A stretch of 53,392 nt of DNA, filler included, from Sphacelaria rigidula (taxonomy: Eukaryota): the NCBI GenBank assembly GCA_964200075.2. It is 4 parts of 4 records of this genome, joined end to end, with 100 filler letters (N's around TTAATTAATTAA, not from the genome) between each part and the next. Parts side by side here need not be neighbours in the genome. Positions count along the whole stretch, not along the records: positions 26,749 to 40,020 come from CAXNAA020003010.1; positions 40,121 to 53,392 come from CAXNAA020003011.1; 2 more parts are not named here. One strand, given 5' to 3'. This document shows, piece by piece, positions 37,879 through 50,600 of the stretch. How positions within the stretch are numbered: position 1 is the stretch's first letter; each line of letters starts with the position of its first letter. Made by a program: the position numbers and the translations under genes. The notes beneath the pieces were generated by a model that ran no database searches, was not told the DNA's origin, and saw only the letters and a list, made by a program, of their open reading frames with translations.

Positions 37879-39204
37879 TGGTGATGAGGATCGAGAAACA
37901 AATCGACGGAATTTGATATTCGATAATTGCTGTAATACATTCGCGATATGGATACAATATTATCCTACGTACCTTATTCCGTAATATCGCACGATATCAG
38001 ATATGATAACGGGGGAAAATCATCGCCAAACTTCCCGACGCATCTAGATTTTAGAACTATAGTAGAACCAGCCACAGGATCGTGTACAGGGTAGAGAGTA
38101 CCGTGACTACCCACTATACGCCAAGACAGCCAGCATCGAAGCCCCGCCGTTTGGCAGCACACCGCATGCTGCCGCGAGAACACTCTTGTTGTCAATGTAC
38201 CTTCTGTCGGGGGTTCATAATCGTCCGACCACAGCAGCACGGCGAGTTCCTCGATTGGGGAGGATCCGCAGGCATGTGACGTTGACCTCAGCGCGCACGG
38301 CAACGAGGAGTAGAAGGCGGAGCACACCGGTTCTATGACAAGGTATCCCTCATCTCTACGTGTGGACCTCCACGGTGCCATGAATGCAACAGTGGAGCCC
38401 CAGATGGCAAAGGACGATAGACCGTCACAGCGCAACAAGTGCCCCGGGACCACTCAGGGTGAAGCTCAACCTCACGCCCGAAAGTTGGGTGTTCCCGGGG
38501 TTATCACACCCCTGTGCAATGACCCTGATACTTATGCGATAATCGAATTTAATCAACTAGGACTTATTTTTTATAGCCCCTGTGCCATGAACCCGATATG
38601 TGCTCTTACTCGCAGTTTTTCGGTAGCGCATGACATTGCTGCGACTGCGATGCACAGAGAGTTATATGAATGCGTATGCGCGGGGCGTGTCGCCAATGTC
38701 ATGCATCCCACACACATCACGTCTTGCCTAGGAACACTGCGTACCATATCGTAAATAACCTCTCTCTATTTTTACAATGCTTTTTGGGTATTTTTCTTCT
38801 TTTTATGTCACTGGCAGCCGAGTGTATGCTTCCACACATGCTGCTCATTCAAAACCGTATACAAGTATCTCCATGCATACGGCTCTTAACAAAGATAACG
38901 AATTGACAAATAACGAATTATTATTTTCGGCTTCACACGTCAGCATATGATGCACATGACATGCGCCCACTTCACTTTTTTTTCAACATTGCAATGAATT
39001 AAAGCATATAAAACAATTTCATCGGCCCAATCCACGATACCAGCCCAATCCACAAAACTTGACATTTTTAATATCAAGGTAGTAAAATCAATGTACTAAA
39101 TATGGTATCGACATATCCCGAAATTTGGGCGATACCAATACGATATATCTCAGACAAATCGGGGTAGATACACATGTAGATTTGGGATACGATGCCCATC
39201 ACTA
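37879..39204. mobile_element. Non-autonomous hAT-like element
   Basis: Right TIR gatgcccatcacta (TAGTGATGGGCATC on the - strand), degenerate left TIR tggtgatgaggatcg. CGATA/GATATC subterminal clusters at both ends. No TSD seen. Confidence 0.55.
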
Positions 39205-40328
39205 CTACGCTATTCTCCACGCAGTTGTCGATTGATTCGATTTTGATTGATTGTCGCACATCAACTGACCCCGCAGGAACCCAGGCGTGGTACCTGGAAA
39301 CAGAAAAGCTCGCTGGAGGGGGAAAAAAAACTGACAAAAACAGTAGTAACAAACAATGGGACTGACAGAGAAACCAACACCAGAACAAACGAAATGAAGC
39401 ACAGTAACAGAAGCAGCAAACGAAGGAAGGATGAACAATCGTTTATTATTATCTCATCAACCTAGAAATAAACCTAGTACGTAGTAAGCCTAGAAATGAC
39501 CAACGCCTGCAGCATGACTTCACGTGAAAAATGACCGTGCGCAAAAACCACGCGCACCCATACACAAAGCGAAACAAAACGGCGGAGGGAGGAAATCGTT
39601 GGTCAGCTATCTTGGACCATTCTATTCGGGCATGACCTTTCCCCCATGAGCCCCACGGAAGCAAAACACGAAAATGCTACTTGTACATCAGAGGGGAAAA
39701 GATAGAGAGAGATGGAGGAAGAGGAGATGATTAAGAAGGAAAATAAGGAGGCGATGAAACCCGAGAACGCAATCTTGCTAGCGTTTTATTCAGAATACGA
39801 AGAAAAATATGCCTGGCAGCTGCCTAGGCTATTGCAACGTCCATGTTGAGCTTGGAAACAAGTGTGATAACTCCGTAGTTTTCTCGGATGTATACATATA
39901 AATATATATATATAAATGCCTGACTTGAAAAGGCTGGAAAAACTCAGTACCAGGGCTGGGGACAAGGATGCAAGATCATCGTTTTCCTCAAATCGGCCGA
40001 CGGGGTGGGGGGAGGGGGGGNNNNNNNNNNNNNNNNNNNNNNNNNNNNNNNNNNNNNNNNNNNNTTAATTAATTAANNNNNNNNNNNNNNNNNNNNNNNN
40101 NNNNNNNNNNNNNNNNNNNNCGCCCAAACCCGTACGTCTGGCGACCCGTTCGGCGACATCGCGTCCTCCGTTCGTCACTCATGATAAATTCAACGAACAT
40201 GAGTCCAGCCCTTCCTCAACGTCGCAGCAGAGCCATACTCGCGCTTCTGACCGGCGCCGCACACCGAGACTTGGTCATGATATCATGTCTCCCGTTCTAG
40301 CAGTTCTAAGGGCCACTCCCAGCAAAGC

Positions 40329-43300
40329 TTGAATTCATCGCGCGCTTCCACACGCCCGAAGAATATCACTCATGGACACAAATATGAAGGTAGTTCACGC
40401 CATGCTTCCAATTCATCTCGCGCTCCAAAGCGCCCGGTGAATGCTAACCATGGCCGTACTCACGAGGATGCCTTGCGGCCCAGATCAAGTTCTTCGCGCG
40501 TTAACTTGCGCTCGAACAACCCCGATCATGCACCTTCGCGCATCTTTACTGCTCAGCCTTTGTCACACAACCGTCATTTACGCAATGATAACACTGTACA
40601 TGCTGACGATATCCAAAACATATTTTTGGACATGTCACCGGCTCCGGAATCCTCGATTTCAGGATCCGACCGCACCTCATCGCTCAGCCGACGACAACGC
40701 ACTGACCGCGAACCACCGTCCCGTTCCGACGCTGCGCTTATTCGTTCTCTGCAACAACGTTTGACAGATCTTGAACGACAACTGGCAACAGCAACCATGG
40801 ACACAAAGTGCACTACCACTGCTGCTAAGCCTGCGAGGGAGACCACCAACGCCGCTCCCATTATCGCCGCAGCCGCCACTACCGTGGTCACTGGGCCTTC
40901 TGCCGCAGCCACTGCAGCCACGGTCTCAACTCCTGCTGCCGCACAGCCTGGGGTAGACACAGATGTGGATAGTGGCCCCACAACAGGCCCTGTCGGGGAC
41001 GTCTCCGTGCGCTCGCCTCCTTCGGTGGAGGACCTCCCTCCGCTCGGCGACGAGCGTTGCCCCACCGAGCTTCTGTTGAGGTTATTCTCGGACCGCCCCC
41101 GCACTGAACAAGAACAGCTCATTCAGGACTATGCCCACCAAGCCCCGGCCATAGCTCGCAACATACTGGATCAGCAACGCAATGCTGACGAGGCTGCCGC
41201 CCGCCTCCTTTTGGAGGAACATGCTGCCAAGCTGAAAGATTTTCAGCGACAGGCTTCACTCGCCCAAGCAACCAAGGCGGCGGCGCACAGGGCATTGCAG
41301 GAAGGGCAGACTGCAGTCTTGAAGGCACAAAGGAGGGTTCGCGAGCTACAAGATCATGTTCGGCGCACTACGCAAGAAGCAGATTCGTCGATGGCGCGGG
41401 TGACTCAGCATCAAGCCTCCCCGCCGCCTTCCGCCGACCACTTGCTTGAAGCTCGACCTCCTCGACAGCCCACGAACACCAGGTTGGACTACGTGATTCC
41501 ACGTAAGTCCGACAGGGTACCATCTATCGCGGCCGTCACCGCCCCCACGCCGCCTCGTGCACCTGGCCCGGCGGTCACTGCCAGCCCCCCCACACGCTTG
41601 CAACTTGTGTCTCACGAACGAGACTGGCTTTCTCGTCCTGTGTCGACCTATACCGGTCCCTTCGACCGGCGAAACCACCTGCACTGCTCCTCAACCGCAT
41701 GGGCCTTGATATCCCAAAGTGTTTTTTACACGGTTGGGGTGTATGTCGAACCGAACGACTTCCTCCTCAAGGCAAGTGTCTCGGTGCTCACCTTGGGCCA
41801 ACTAGTTTTGAAGACTACCGTTGGCGATCACCGGGACCACCACACTTACGTTGAAGCGGTCGAGGAACGTTTTGCGGCGCTTCGCGCTGCCTACAACACT
41901 CATCCCGGCGCTACCTTCAACGGAGACGAAGATGAAGATGGGTGGACTCCCGCAACATCCAACTGCCGGGGACAGAAGAAAAATCACCGGCGCGACGACG
42001 ATGATACCGATGGGGGGAATTCACGCCGCCGCCATGGCGGTGGGGGATCTTCTTCAAGCAGTTCCGGACCGACCCGCCCGCCCCGCAAGCCGAAAGGCGA
42101 GCACACTGGAGGTAACTCTTCCGGATCATCGGCATCGGCCTGGCACCGGTCCGGTGCTGCTCTTCCCGCCTCGGGCTCGGAGACCCCCAGGCAAGTGGCT
42201 CCTAAGTTGGCTGATGTTTCGGCCCGCATTTTAGGTTTGTCCGATACGGATACACCTGACCGTCCTTTGTCCTCTACTGCAGCCCGCGCTTTAGCAACCG
42301 CCGCGGCTGACAAAGAACGTTCGGAAGCTAGCAAAAAATCAGCTTCCGATAGAGCTGAGTCTGCCCGAGTAGCTGCAATACAAAGACAATATATTCAGAT
42401 GGATGTGAAAAAACTCTGGCACATAAAAACCATGCCTGCCACGGATAACGAAGATTCGGGCCAGTTTACTTCTGCCCTCATCATGTCCATCCGCCGCACT
42501 GTTTGTAGCATCCTTCACTTGGCGGATGTGACTGGCACACAACGTTTCGAAGATTCATACTGGGTGGAGGGCTGGCAGACCCCCTTGCACAATGCAATGC
42601 ATCGATCGATCAGCCGCCGCTCTCCCGACCTCGCTGCTTCTCTGACGCAGGTTCTCGACGGATTCCTCGCCGAGATGGACCCGGATCGTGCCAAGGGGAA
42701 GACAGGCCCGCTATTACTCTCTGATTTGGAGAGGCGTCTGATCGGTTACTTCGATAAGAGTGACCAGGCTAGTGCCATCCAGAGGCTGAGTCCCTTTGTT
42801 GTCGCCTCTGATGTCCCTTTCGCGGACTATCTCCACGAATTTAAGCTTTTGGTTTCGGGTACGACGGGAGTCGGACGTCAGAACGGACCGAGTGACGCAA
42901 TGTGTCAGACTTACGTTCGCAATAGCGTTACTCAACAGTATCCGGCTCTGATGCCGTCGTTGTTTCCGGGTGTCTTGGCGCATCGCGAGGTGCCTTACGC
43001 CGCCGTTGATACTATGTGGTCTGCTGTTGCACACCAAGAGGGTAATCTAACGCCTGCCATACGTGGCAAACCTTCAATGTCTGTGCGTTCACAACCTACG
43101 GTTGTGTCCTCCGCTCATGCCCAAGGGGCTCGCGGCAGGAGTTCGAGCCCGTCTCGCGCTTCATGGACCCCCGACTCAGTCGCCGGTTCAGTTATGCATG
43201 TTCAGAGTACCAGAGATGTATTTAGCGCGAGTTTTGACGGTTGGCCGTTTTCCGAGGAAACTTGGGATGATGTTTATTTGACTTCAACAACAGCATTCGT

Positions 43301-43745
43301 AAGCGATGACTCCCATTTGTGGAACCCACTTCTTTCGTCTTCCGCTAGACGCAATGCCTTCAGCAGTTATGCCAACAGTCGCATCAACTGTAGTGTTCAA
43401 GGCCACAGCATCCGCGACTGTGACAGTCCATGCATCAATGCCTTTGATCTCATGAACCCTGAATTGCAGGACAATGAGTCCGCGTGGCGCCGATGGCAAA
43501 ACCACATGCGCGATTATCGTTCACCAACTCGAAATTACCGCAGCAATTCGAACCAACGTGGCAACAAAAGCTCTCATCGCGGTCGCCGACACAACAACAA
43601 CCACGGAAGCCTTCGCCAGAACGATCAAAATTCTCGCGACAACAAACGTTCCGCTGATAGACACCAGCGGATGGGACCGACACAGCGTTCTAATCCCAAC
43701 ACCAGAAACCCTGGTACCTTCACTTCGGATTGCTTAGATCCATGA
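40329..43745 (+). CDS. Gag-like ORF with long N-terminal extension
   Basis: 1138-aa ORF with coiled-coil-like stretches, a capsid-like helical region (FADYLHEFKLL) and a degenerate CCHC knuckle RINCSVQGHSIRDC. Confidence 0.75.
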   Translation: MNSSRASTRPKNITHGHKYEGSSRHASNSSRAPKRPVNANHGRTHEDALRPRSSSSRVNLRSNNPDHAPSRIFTAQPLSHNRHLRNDNTVHADDIQNIFLDMSPAPESSISGSDRTSSLSRRQRTDREPPSRSDAALIRSLQQRLTDLERQLATATMDTKCTTTAAKPARETTNAAPIIAAAATTVVTGPSAAATAATVSTPAAAQPGVDTDVDSGPTTGPVGDVSVRSPPSVEDLPPLGDERCPTELLLRLFSDRPRTEQEQLIQDYAHQAPAIARNILDQQRNADEAAARLLLEEHAAKLKDFQRQASLAQATKAAAHRALQEGQTAVLKAQRRVRELQDHVRRTTQEADSSMARVTQHQASPPPSADHLLEARPPRQPTNTRLDYVIPRKSDRVPSIAAVTAPTPPRAPGPAVTASPPTRLQLVSHERDWLSRPVSTYTGPFDRRNHLHCSSTAWALISQSVFYTVGVYVEPNDFLLKASVSVLTLGQLVLKTTVGDHRDHHTYVEAVEERFAALRAAYNTHPGATFNGDEDEDGWTPATSNCRGQKKNHRRDDDDTDGGNSRRRHGGGGSSSSSSGPTRPPRKPKGEHTGGNSSGSSASAWHRSGAALPASGSETPRQVAPKLADVSARILGLSDTDTPDRPLSSTAARALATAAADKERSEASKKSASDRAESARVAAIQRQYIQMDVKKLWHIKTMPATDNEDSGQFTSALIMSIRRTVCSILHLADVTGTQRFEDSYWVEGWQTPLHNAMHRSISRRSPDLAASLTQVLDGFLAEMDPDRAKGKTGPLLLSDLERRLIGYFDKSDQASAIQRLSPFVVASDVPFADYLHEFKLLVSGTTGVGRQNGPSDAMCQTYVRNSVTQQYPALMPSLFPGVLAHREVPYAAVDTMWSAVAHQEGNLTPAIRGKPSMSVRSQPTVVSSAHAQGARGRSSSPSRASWTPDSVAGSVMHVQSTRDVFSASFDGWPFSEETWDDVYLTSTTAFVSDDSHLWNPLLSSSARRNAFSSYANSRINCSVQGHSIRDCDSPCINAFDLMNPELQDNESAWRRWQNHMRDYRSPTRNYRSNSNQRGNKSSHRGRRHNNNHGSLRQNDQNSRDNKRSADRHQRMGPTQRSNPNTRNPGTFTSDCLDP

Positions 43746-46700
43746 CGTGCCGACGCCGGCGTTCTTCGGTCTTCCACGCCGTCGATAGCACAAGCGAAGA
43801 CTTTTTCAACACAGCCCGCGGAGTCCGTGTCAAAAATTGCTGACTCGACTGCCCCGGCACTATCCAGGAGCGTAACTGACGGCCGTTCATATCGACCCCT
43901 GTCTCGAACCTCCACACAATTTTCAACACAGCCCACAGGCCCCGCGACTAAGATTGTCCGCCCGGCTCTCCCGGTACTATGCAGGAGTGCATCTGACGGC
44001 CGTTCAAATCGACCCCCGTCTTCATCTCTCCACACATCATGTAACAGTTGTGTCACCCCGCGACTCAGATCTACACCCGGCAATGAACTTGGTCCTTCAG
44101 TACCGAGTATAAGTCTGAGGTGTGGGAAGACCAACCGCCAGTCCCTGAGGCAACGGCTTCCCTCAGCGACCGCATGCACAGGTAGCAGCAAGCCTTTTTC
44201 AGCTGACCCAAGTGTTGCTGATTTGAACCTGACCACATCGGATCATGTAATTCCCAATCAGTTCGATCGGAATCCTTCCCCGCGATTTTCAAGACGCACG
44301 GACGTACCTTCGGCCGGTATTATTAACAACCGCCCCAACATATCTTCGGCTATGCCCCAACAGCCAAACTTGCCTACGGAGAGCAGCCCAAAAGTTTCGC
44401 TCCGTCATGCCCCGATGCTGACCCCATCCATGCAATTAGACGCAGTTGTGGTTTCATCCCCTAATGTTTTGGAAGTTCCCCGACCTTTGTCACGGCGGAA
44501 GAGAAAGCCCCGTAAGCATGCCCCCAAGGACGCGCGGCATCATTACGTACACCTCTTTCGAGCGGAAATCCTCGACCTCAATATCTCCGAAATGCGACGA
44601 CTTTGAGCTCGACGGCTCTATCAAGTATCCCGGAATAAACAAAATCACATGACTCTGACGGCACTACTTCTTCAATCGACGGCTCCAGCCCCGCACATCC
44701 TGGATCCCCCTTTGACGGTGATCCCTGTCAACCAAAGAATCACTAACGAAATCGCCAATGACCGTACCACACCTGGAAATAATATACCGTCCACCCCCTT
44801 CTCTGGTGAGAGATCTGACCCACCGGCGGATCATCCGCCGTGCGTTTCTGCTGTCAGCCCCCCTGATCCTGATCAGTTTACCTTGCCGGAACACGGTCCG
44901 GATCTTGTCGGCGGCAAAGTGTCTGTCGATTCGGCCACTTTTACTACTCGCGTTGCGATCCATGCCGGTCCAAACTCTATCACCCCTACGAAATGCGTAT
45001 CCTTGTTGGACAGCGGCAGCCCGCAAACGTTTATTCGAGAATCAACATGGAAACACATGAAACAGACCGGCGCTGCTACTGCAGCTCGCGAAACTACCAC
45101 CAAACCTCGCGTGTGGGGCGATTTTGGTGACTCGGCCGCGCCACTGACGACTCGTAAATCCGTACGTCTCAGTTTTCAATTCTTTCACAACACCACTCGA
45201 TCGGCCAGCCTGGCAGTCTGGGCATACGTTGTCCCCGACAGCACCATGCATCACGACATAGTATTGGGCAGAGATAGCTATATGCGGTTTAATAAACGCA
45301 CCTACCGCACGCTTCCACAATTAACGCCACATTCCCCGCCGCGTGGAGAATTCAACCTTGAGCACTTCGGTACTCTCCACGGCGCGCTGGCTTATCAGAA
45401 GAATCCTCAAGCAACCGGACCACCTACGATATAACGGTAGTGTGGGTATAACACTCTTCGACGACCCCCAACTTCTTGAAGTTGCCCTATTTCGCCGAAA
45501 TGGCATGCCAGCACTTACGGGCCATTATCTTGCCGAAATGTTATCCCGTACTGGCGCACCAGCCGATTCAGGACATTTTGTGTCGGCGGGACAACAACTC
45601 CTCCCTCTACGGGACATGCTAACTTGGAACCCGGCGACGTTTTAGGAATCGCCGCCGCTCCCCTGATGCACATCCCACTCGAGACGTGCGTCACAGAGCC
45701 TGTCGCACCAAACACCACATCTCCGGCGGTGTCGGTACATTGTGTCGATGAACCTTATTTCGATCTCGCCTCTGCTACTCCACCCCAGGTCCACACCGTG
45801 GATCCTGGCCGGTCCAATTCCGATCCTTCTGCTGAAGTGCTTCAACGCTTATCACCAGATTCTCGGAATAGCTTCTTGCACATGTGGGACCAACTGCCGC
45901 CACACATACGCGACATCAATTTTGACCCTCATGGGCCTGGCTGAGAACCGGCAGTCATCCAAGTACTCAGTGATGTCCTGCTACAGTACCAAGACCGATT
46001 TTCCCGATCCAAGACGGATCTTCGGCATTGCAAAACACTGCCCTTTGAGGTTACCCTCCAACCCGGTGTCTCGACGATTTCTTCTCGGCCATACCGTACC
46101 AACCTAATCCTTACCAAGAAAGTTAACGCCATCTTGGATGCGTATTTGGGAGCGGGACTAACCCAACATTCCTCCTCTCCTTGGGCCTCGCCACTTGTGG
46201 TCGTCCCCCAAAAGGATGGAAACATACGCATCACCGTGAATTATCAACGGTTGAACCGCGTCTCTATCGCCGGTAAATTTCCAATTCCCCGCAGTGATGA
46301 AGTCTTCGACTCCATAGACGAAGGCAAAATATTCAGCACCTTCGACCTCGCTTCTGGATTTTTTCAGAATGCTATACACCCTGACACAGTCCCACTGACG
46401 GCTTTTTGCTCCTCGTCCGGACTCTATGAGTGGCTTCGCGTGCCACAAGGCGCTGCCACTGCCCCGGGATGCTTTCAACACTTGATGCAACGCGTCACCG
46501 AGGGCCTCGAGCACATCATCATGTACTTGGATGACGCTATCGCTTTTGATGCCTCGCCTATTGCACATATACGCACTCTACGAGAATTTCTCTCTCGCCT
46601 ACGTACGCACGAGTTGAAACTGTCTCCATCCAAAGCTTGCCTTGGCGCGACTGACTGGGATTTCTTGGGGCATTCCATTTCGCCAGCAGACCTGCATCCG

Positions 46701-49700
46701 GATACAAACAAACTCAAGGCGATGATTGATTTGCCGATGCCAACAAACATTTGTCAACTTCGCTCATTGTTGGGTGGGCTATCCTACTACCGCAGTTTTT
46801 TGCCGAATTGATCGAAAGGGATTCGCCCCCTTACTGAGCTACTCAAGAAAAGAGCCGTGTTTTCTTTCACCACAGAAATAGAGACTATCACCCGCGAATT
46901 ACTCAAGACGCTTACCGAAAAGCCTGTACCTTGCTTTCCTGATTGGGAGGCAGTACAAGATGGCTCCCGCCTTTTCCAACTCCATACTGACGCCAGCACA
47001 GATGGTTTTGGACGAGTTTTGAATCAACCCCAGGTTGATGGCTCTGTCCGACCCATCCTTTATATCAGCCGCGCTACCCTTCCCAACGAGGCCAATTGGA
47101 GCCCGCTAGAACTGGAAGGCGGAGTAATCACTTGGGTCATTAAGCGCCTTCGACAATATCTGTTTCACGTGCCCTTCGAGATCTATACGGATCACGGAGC
47201 ACTTGAACAAGTCGCCAAGGTTGGTGAACACAACCCTCGTGTACAACGATGGTTAGAATTTCGAACAGCATACCAGTATACCATTAAGCACCGTCCAGGC
47301 AAAACCAACGGGAATGCTCATCTTCTTTCCCGCCTGCCTCTGCCGCCTTCGGCCGCAGATTCCAGCCCGGCTTGCCGTTTAACGGAACCCGATGAACCCG
47401 GAATTTACGCGATCAGACGTTTTTCAACGCCCGTTTACGCCCTCGACCTCCAGTGCCCGGAAACCGGTATGCATATGGGAGGACCTCGCCCTTTACCATA
47501 TGGCGCCGTCTTGGGTGGGTTAAAGCCCACTACCTCCGATTTTGTCGACTTTCGCACTTTCGGTGCTCGCGCGCAACTCTTCGCGGAGACACCTCCAGTC
47601 ACCCACCTTATCTCCGACAACACGCGCTCCCGGTCTGCCGCCCGCACCACACCGAGTGCCCCGCCGCCACCAACAGCACCTTCAACCTCTATGAGCCACC
47701 CAGCGCAAGTTCCACGGACCAACACGCAAAGCTCCGCAAAAACGTCTGCACCGTGCGCCACGCGCCGCGAAAATTCTTCGCCGCGCACTGATACAGCCCC
47801 GCCGCCTATCATGGCGCCGCAAACATCTCCTGCCCCCGAGCACGCATCTGACGACTCGTCTCCAACTCCCGGAACAGAAATTGACGTCGGCATTTCTGCC
47901 CCGTCGCCTATCCCCCCGCCGCCTGCCCTACCATGTTTGGTCCGCTCGCCAGAGGGAGATCAACTACGCGAGTTTCTCGGCAGCTACTCTCACCGCGATT
48001 GTGCTCGTGAACAAAACACAGCACCGATATGTCGCGCAGCCATCCGGTACTTACAACTTGACTGTCCAGTCCTTTTTCCGTCCACACTTCTGGCCCCGGT
48101 TGGAACACTGCCACCCCCAGTCATCTCTGACGTATACGAGTTCGTGCGTAAAGGCGCTCTTTATACTACGGATGAAGGCGTACAACTACTCGTACGTCGG
48201 CCCACGCCCTTGACAGGCGCAATTGCCGCCCCAACAACGGGACGCACCGCACGACTACTCAATGACGAACCAACGCGCATATATGTGCCATTATTAATGC
48301 GCCCCTGGGTCATGAAAGGCTGCCACACAGACTTGTCATGCCATCTTGGCGTCACCCGCACCCTCGCGCTCATGGAACGCTTCGACTGGTGGGTTGGCAT
48401 GGAAATCTCAACCCGCTTCTGGATTCGGCGATGCTGCAAATGCCAAGCCCGAAAAACCTCACGACAGACAGTACGCTGGCCCGTGATCTCTATAGGACTC
48501 CCCGACGAGCCCGGCCACCTTGTGTCCTTTGACTACTTCGGCCCTCTCCCGACCACAGGTCGCGGCAACACCTACATCTTACTCTTCACTGACCGCTTTA
48601 GCCGCGACGCGTCCATGTACGCGGTAACGGCCGCAGATTTCATTGCCGCCGGAACGGTCGACATACTGGTCCATGATTACATTAAGCACTACGGCTGCCC
48701 AAAGGGACTACTCTCAGACACTGGTCAGCAATTTTGCTCAGACCTCTCTGATAAGCTTTACAAGCTCCTGGGCATCCACAAAATTGCCACGAGCGCCTAC
48801 CACCCGAACGGTAACGGTGGTACCGAAAGAGTCAATCACACCATGGCCCAGATGCTCTCTATGGTTGTCAATGACCGCCAAAATGACTGGGACCTACATC
48901 TCTCGCACATCATGTTGTCCTACAACAACTCGGTTAATGCCGCCACAGGCCTTTCTCCGACCGAACTCCATCTTGGACGATACTCTCGGCTGCCTATCAC
49001 CGTGTTTGAGCGCCACACGTTCGACGGATGCCAAGGATTGGATCAGGATCAGATATCCTACAACGAGCTATCGCATGCACGACAACGCAAAGTCTTCACC
49101 CTCGTGCGCGAACAACGCCCGATCAATGCCTCGCGCCTAGAGAGATCTAACACTGCTCTCTACAACCTAATGCACAAACGCCCTAACTGGAAAATTGGTG
49201 ATTGGGTTTGGATCTACAACAGTTTGTCGACAATCCGCCGAGGCACCAGCAAGGCAGCCAACGAAACAATTTTGAAGACAAACATGTCCCTCAATTGGAC
49301 AGGACCATTCAAGATCCTGACGGTCGGACCATCGTCATCATCACCAGATGGAAAACCCGTTGGTGACAAAATGCTCTATCTCGACTTGCCTCGCGACTTC
49401 CAGGGCAAAGACACTAAGCCCCGCGTTTCCCTACACAGATGCAAACCCTGCACGAACCCGCATGATACAAGTGGCATGCCCAAGTACCTGCCTACCGGAC
49501 TCACACAGTATGTTCTCAACAGCTACTCGACCAAGTCCCCGCCCTACCACGTTACAACCGACGACGTGACGGAACAGTCCCTTCGGTTGGCTGTGTCCTC
49601 CATTTCCGACCACTAGATAACGCGTGGTCGAGGAGGCAAGATCACTGTCATGTATAAGACACACTGGCACGGTCTTCGGAGAGCGTCTTGGGAACGCGAA

Positions 49701-50189
49701 TCCGACCTGCAATTGCACCGCCGTGCAATCCTCCTTTACTGGACGCAATCCGAATATCAGCATCTTGCTCACAACAAGAAATATTGCAACATGCGCCGTG
49801 GCGCAGCAGCCCGCGAACTTCATCGCAATCAGGGACTGCACTTTGTCGCCGATGGTTACGAACTTGTACCCTCCAAGACTTGTAAGACGAAGTTCTTCGC
49901 GAACCAGCGACTCCTGCCCAAGGGCAGCTACCTTTGGTTCAAAGGCACCGACAACCTCTGGTGGTTGGGTCAGACCCACTCCGCTAACCTGGTTTCGGCC
50001 GACACATACATCGTGCGCTTAATCGATGACCCTGGACCCATACAGCTCAAGCTTCGGCCAGCACTATACACCACCAGCCCATCTGCACCACGCGGATCCT
50101 AGTGTCTCCAGCGCCTCAAGTCCAAAGGACTTCGCCGCGGTCTCCAGCGCAACATCGACCACACCCACGACGTCCACGCTCCGCTTTGA
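43746..50189 (+). pseudogene. Gypsy pol with premature stops and one compensated frameshift pair
   Basis: Protease LLDSGS...IVLGRD; RT SPWASPLVVV, FDLASGFFQ, VPQGA, YLDD, FLGH; RNase H TDAS, ELE, YTDH; integrase HHCC (CHTDLSCHLG...CCKC) and DDE (SFDY, LSDTG, TERVN). In-frame stops at 44604, 45942, 46809, 49614, 50100. Confidence 0.93.
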
Positions 50190-50432
50190 ACCACGCTTCT
50201 TTGTCGCGACTGTTGCCCCACCCCCATTTCTTTCCGAAAGCATTGTGTGACCCCCTTCTCCACCAGGACCCTCTTCTACGACACCATAACAGGGCGACCT
50301 ACATCGGACGACGATCAAGAATTACTGCGACGACCACTACCTACAACTACTGGAGCTATAGTACCCTCTTCAACTGGCGCTCGATCTCGTTGGATCACCG
50401 ATTTTCAGATTTCCAACCTTGCAGTTTTTAGC

Positions 50433-50600
50433 ACCTTTGGGTTCCCCCAGGTTGAAGCTCTGCTCCCTGTTGTACCTTTGGATTTCCCAAGGTTGAAGCT
50501 TTGCTCTCTGTTGTACCTTTGGATTTACCCAGGTTGAAGCTCTGCTCCCTGTTGTACCTTTGGCCTTCCCCAGGTCAGAGCTCTGCTCCCTGTTGTACCT
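50433..50600 (+). repeat. ~41-bp tandem repeat x4 in the Gypsy 3' region
   Basis: aggttgaagctctgctccctgttgtacctttgg units at ~50450, 50491, 50533, 50573. Confidence 0.9.

Noticed and set aside
50433..50600. 41-bp repeats as a CRISPR array
   Set aside because: Head-to-tail tandem repeats without spacers.
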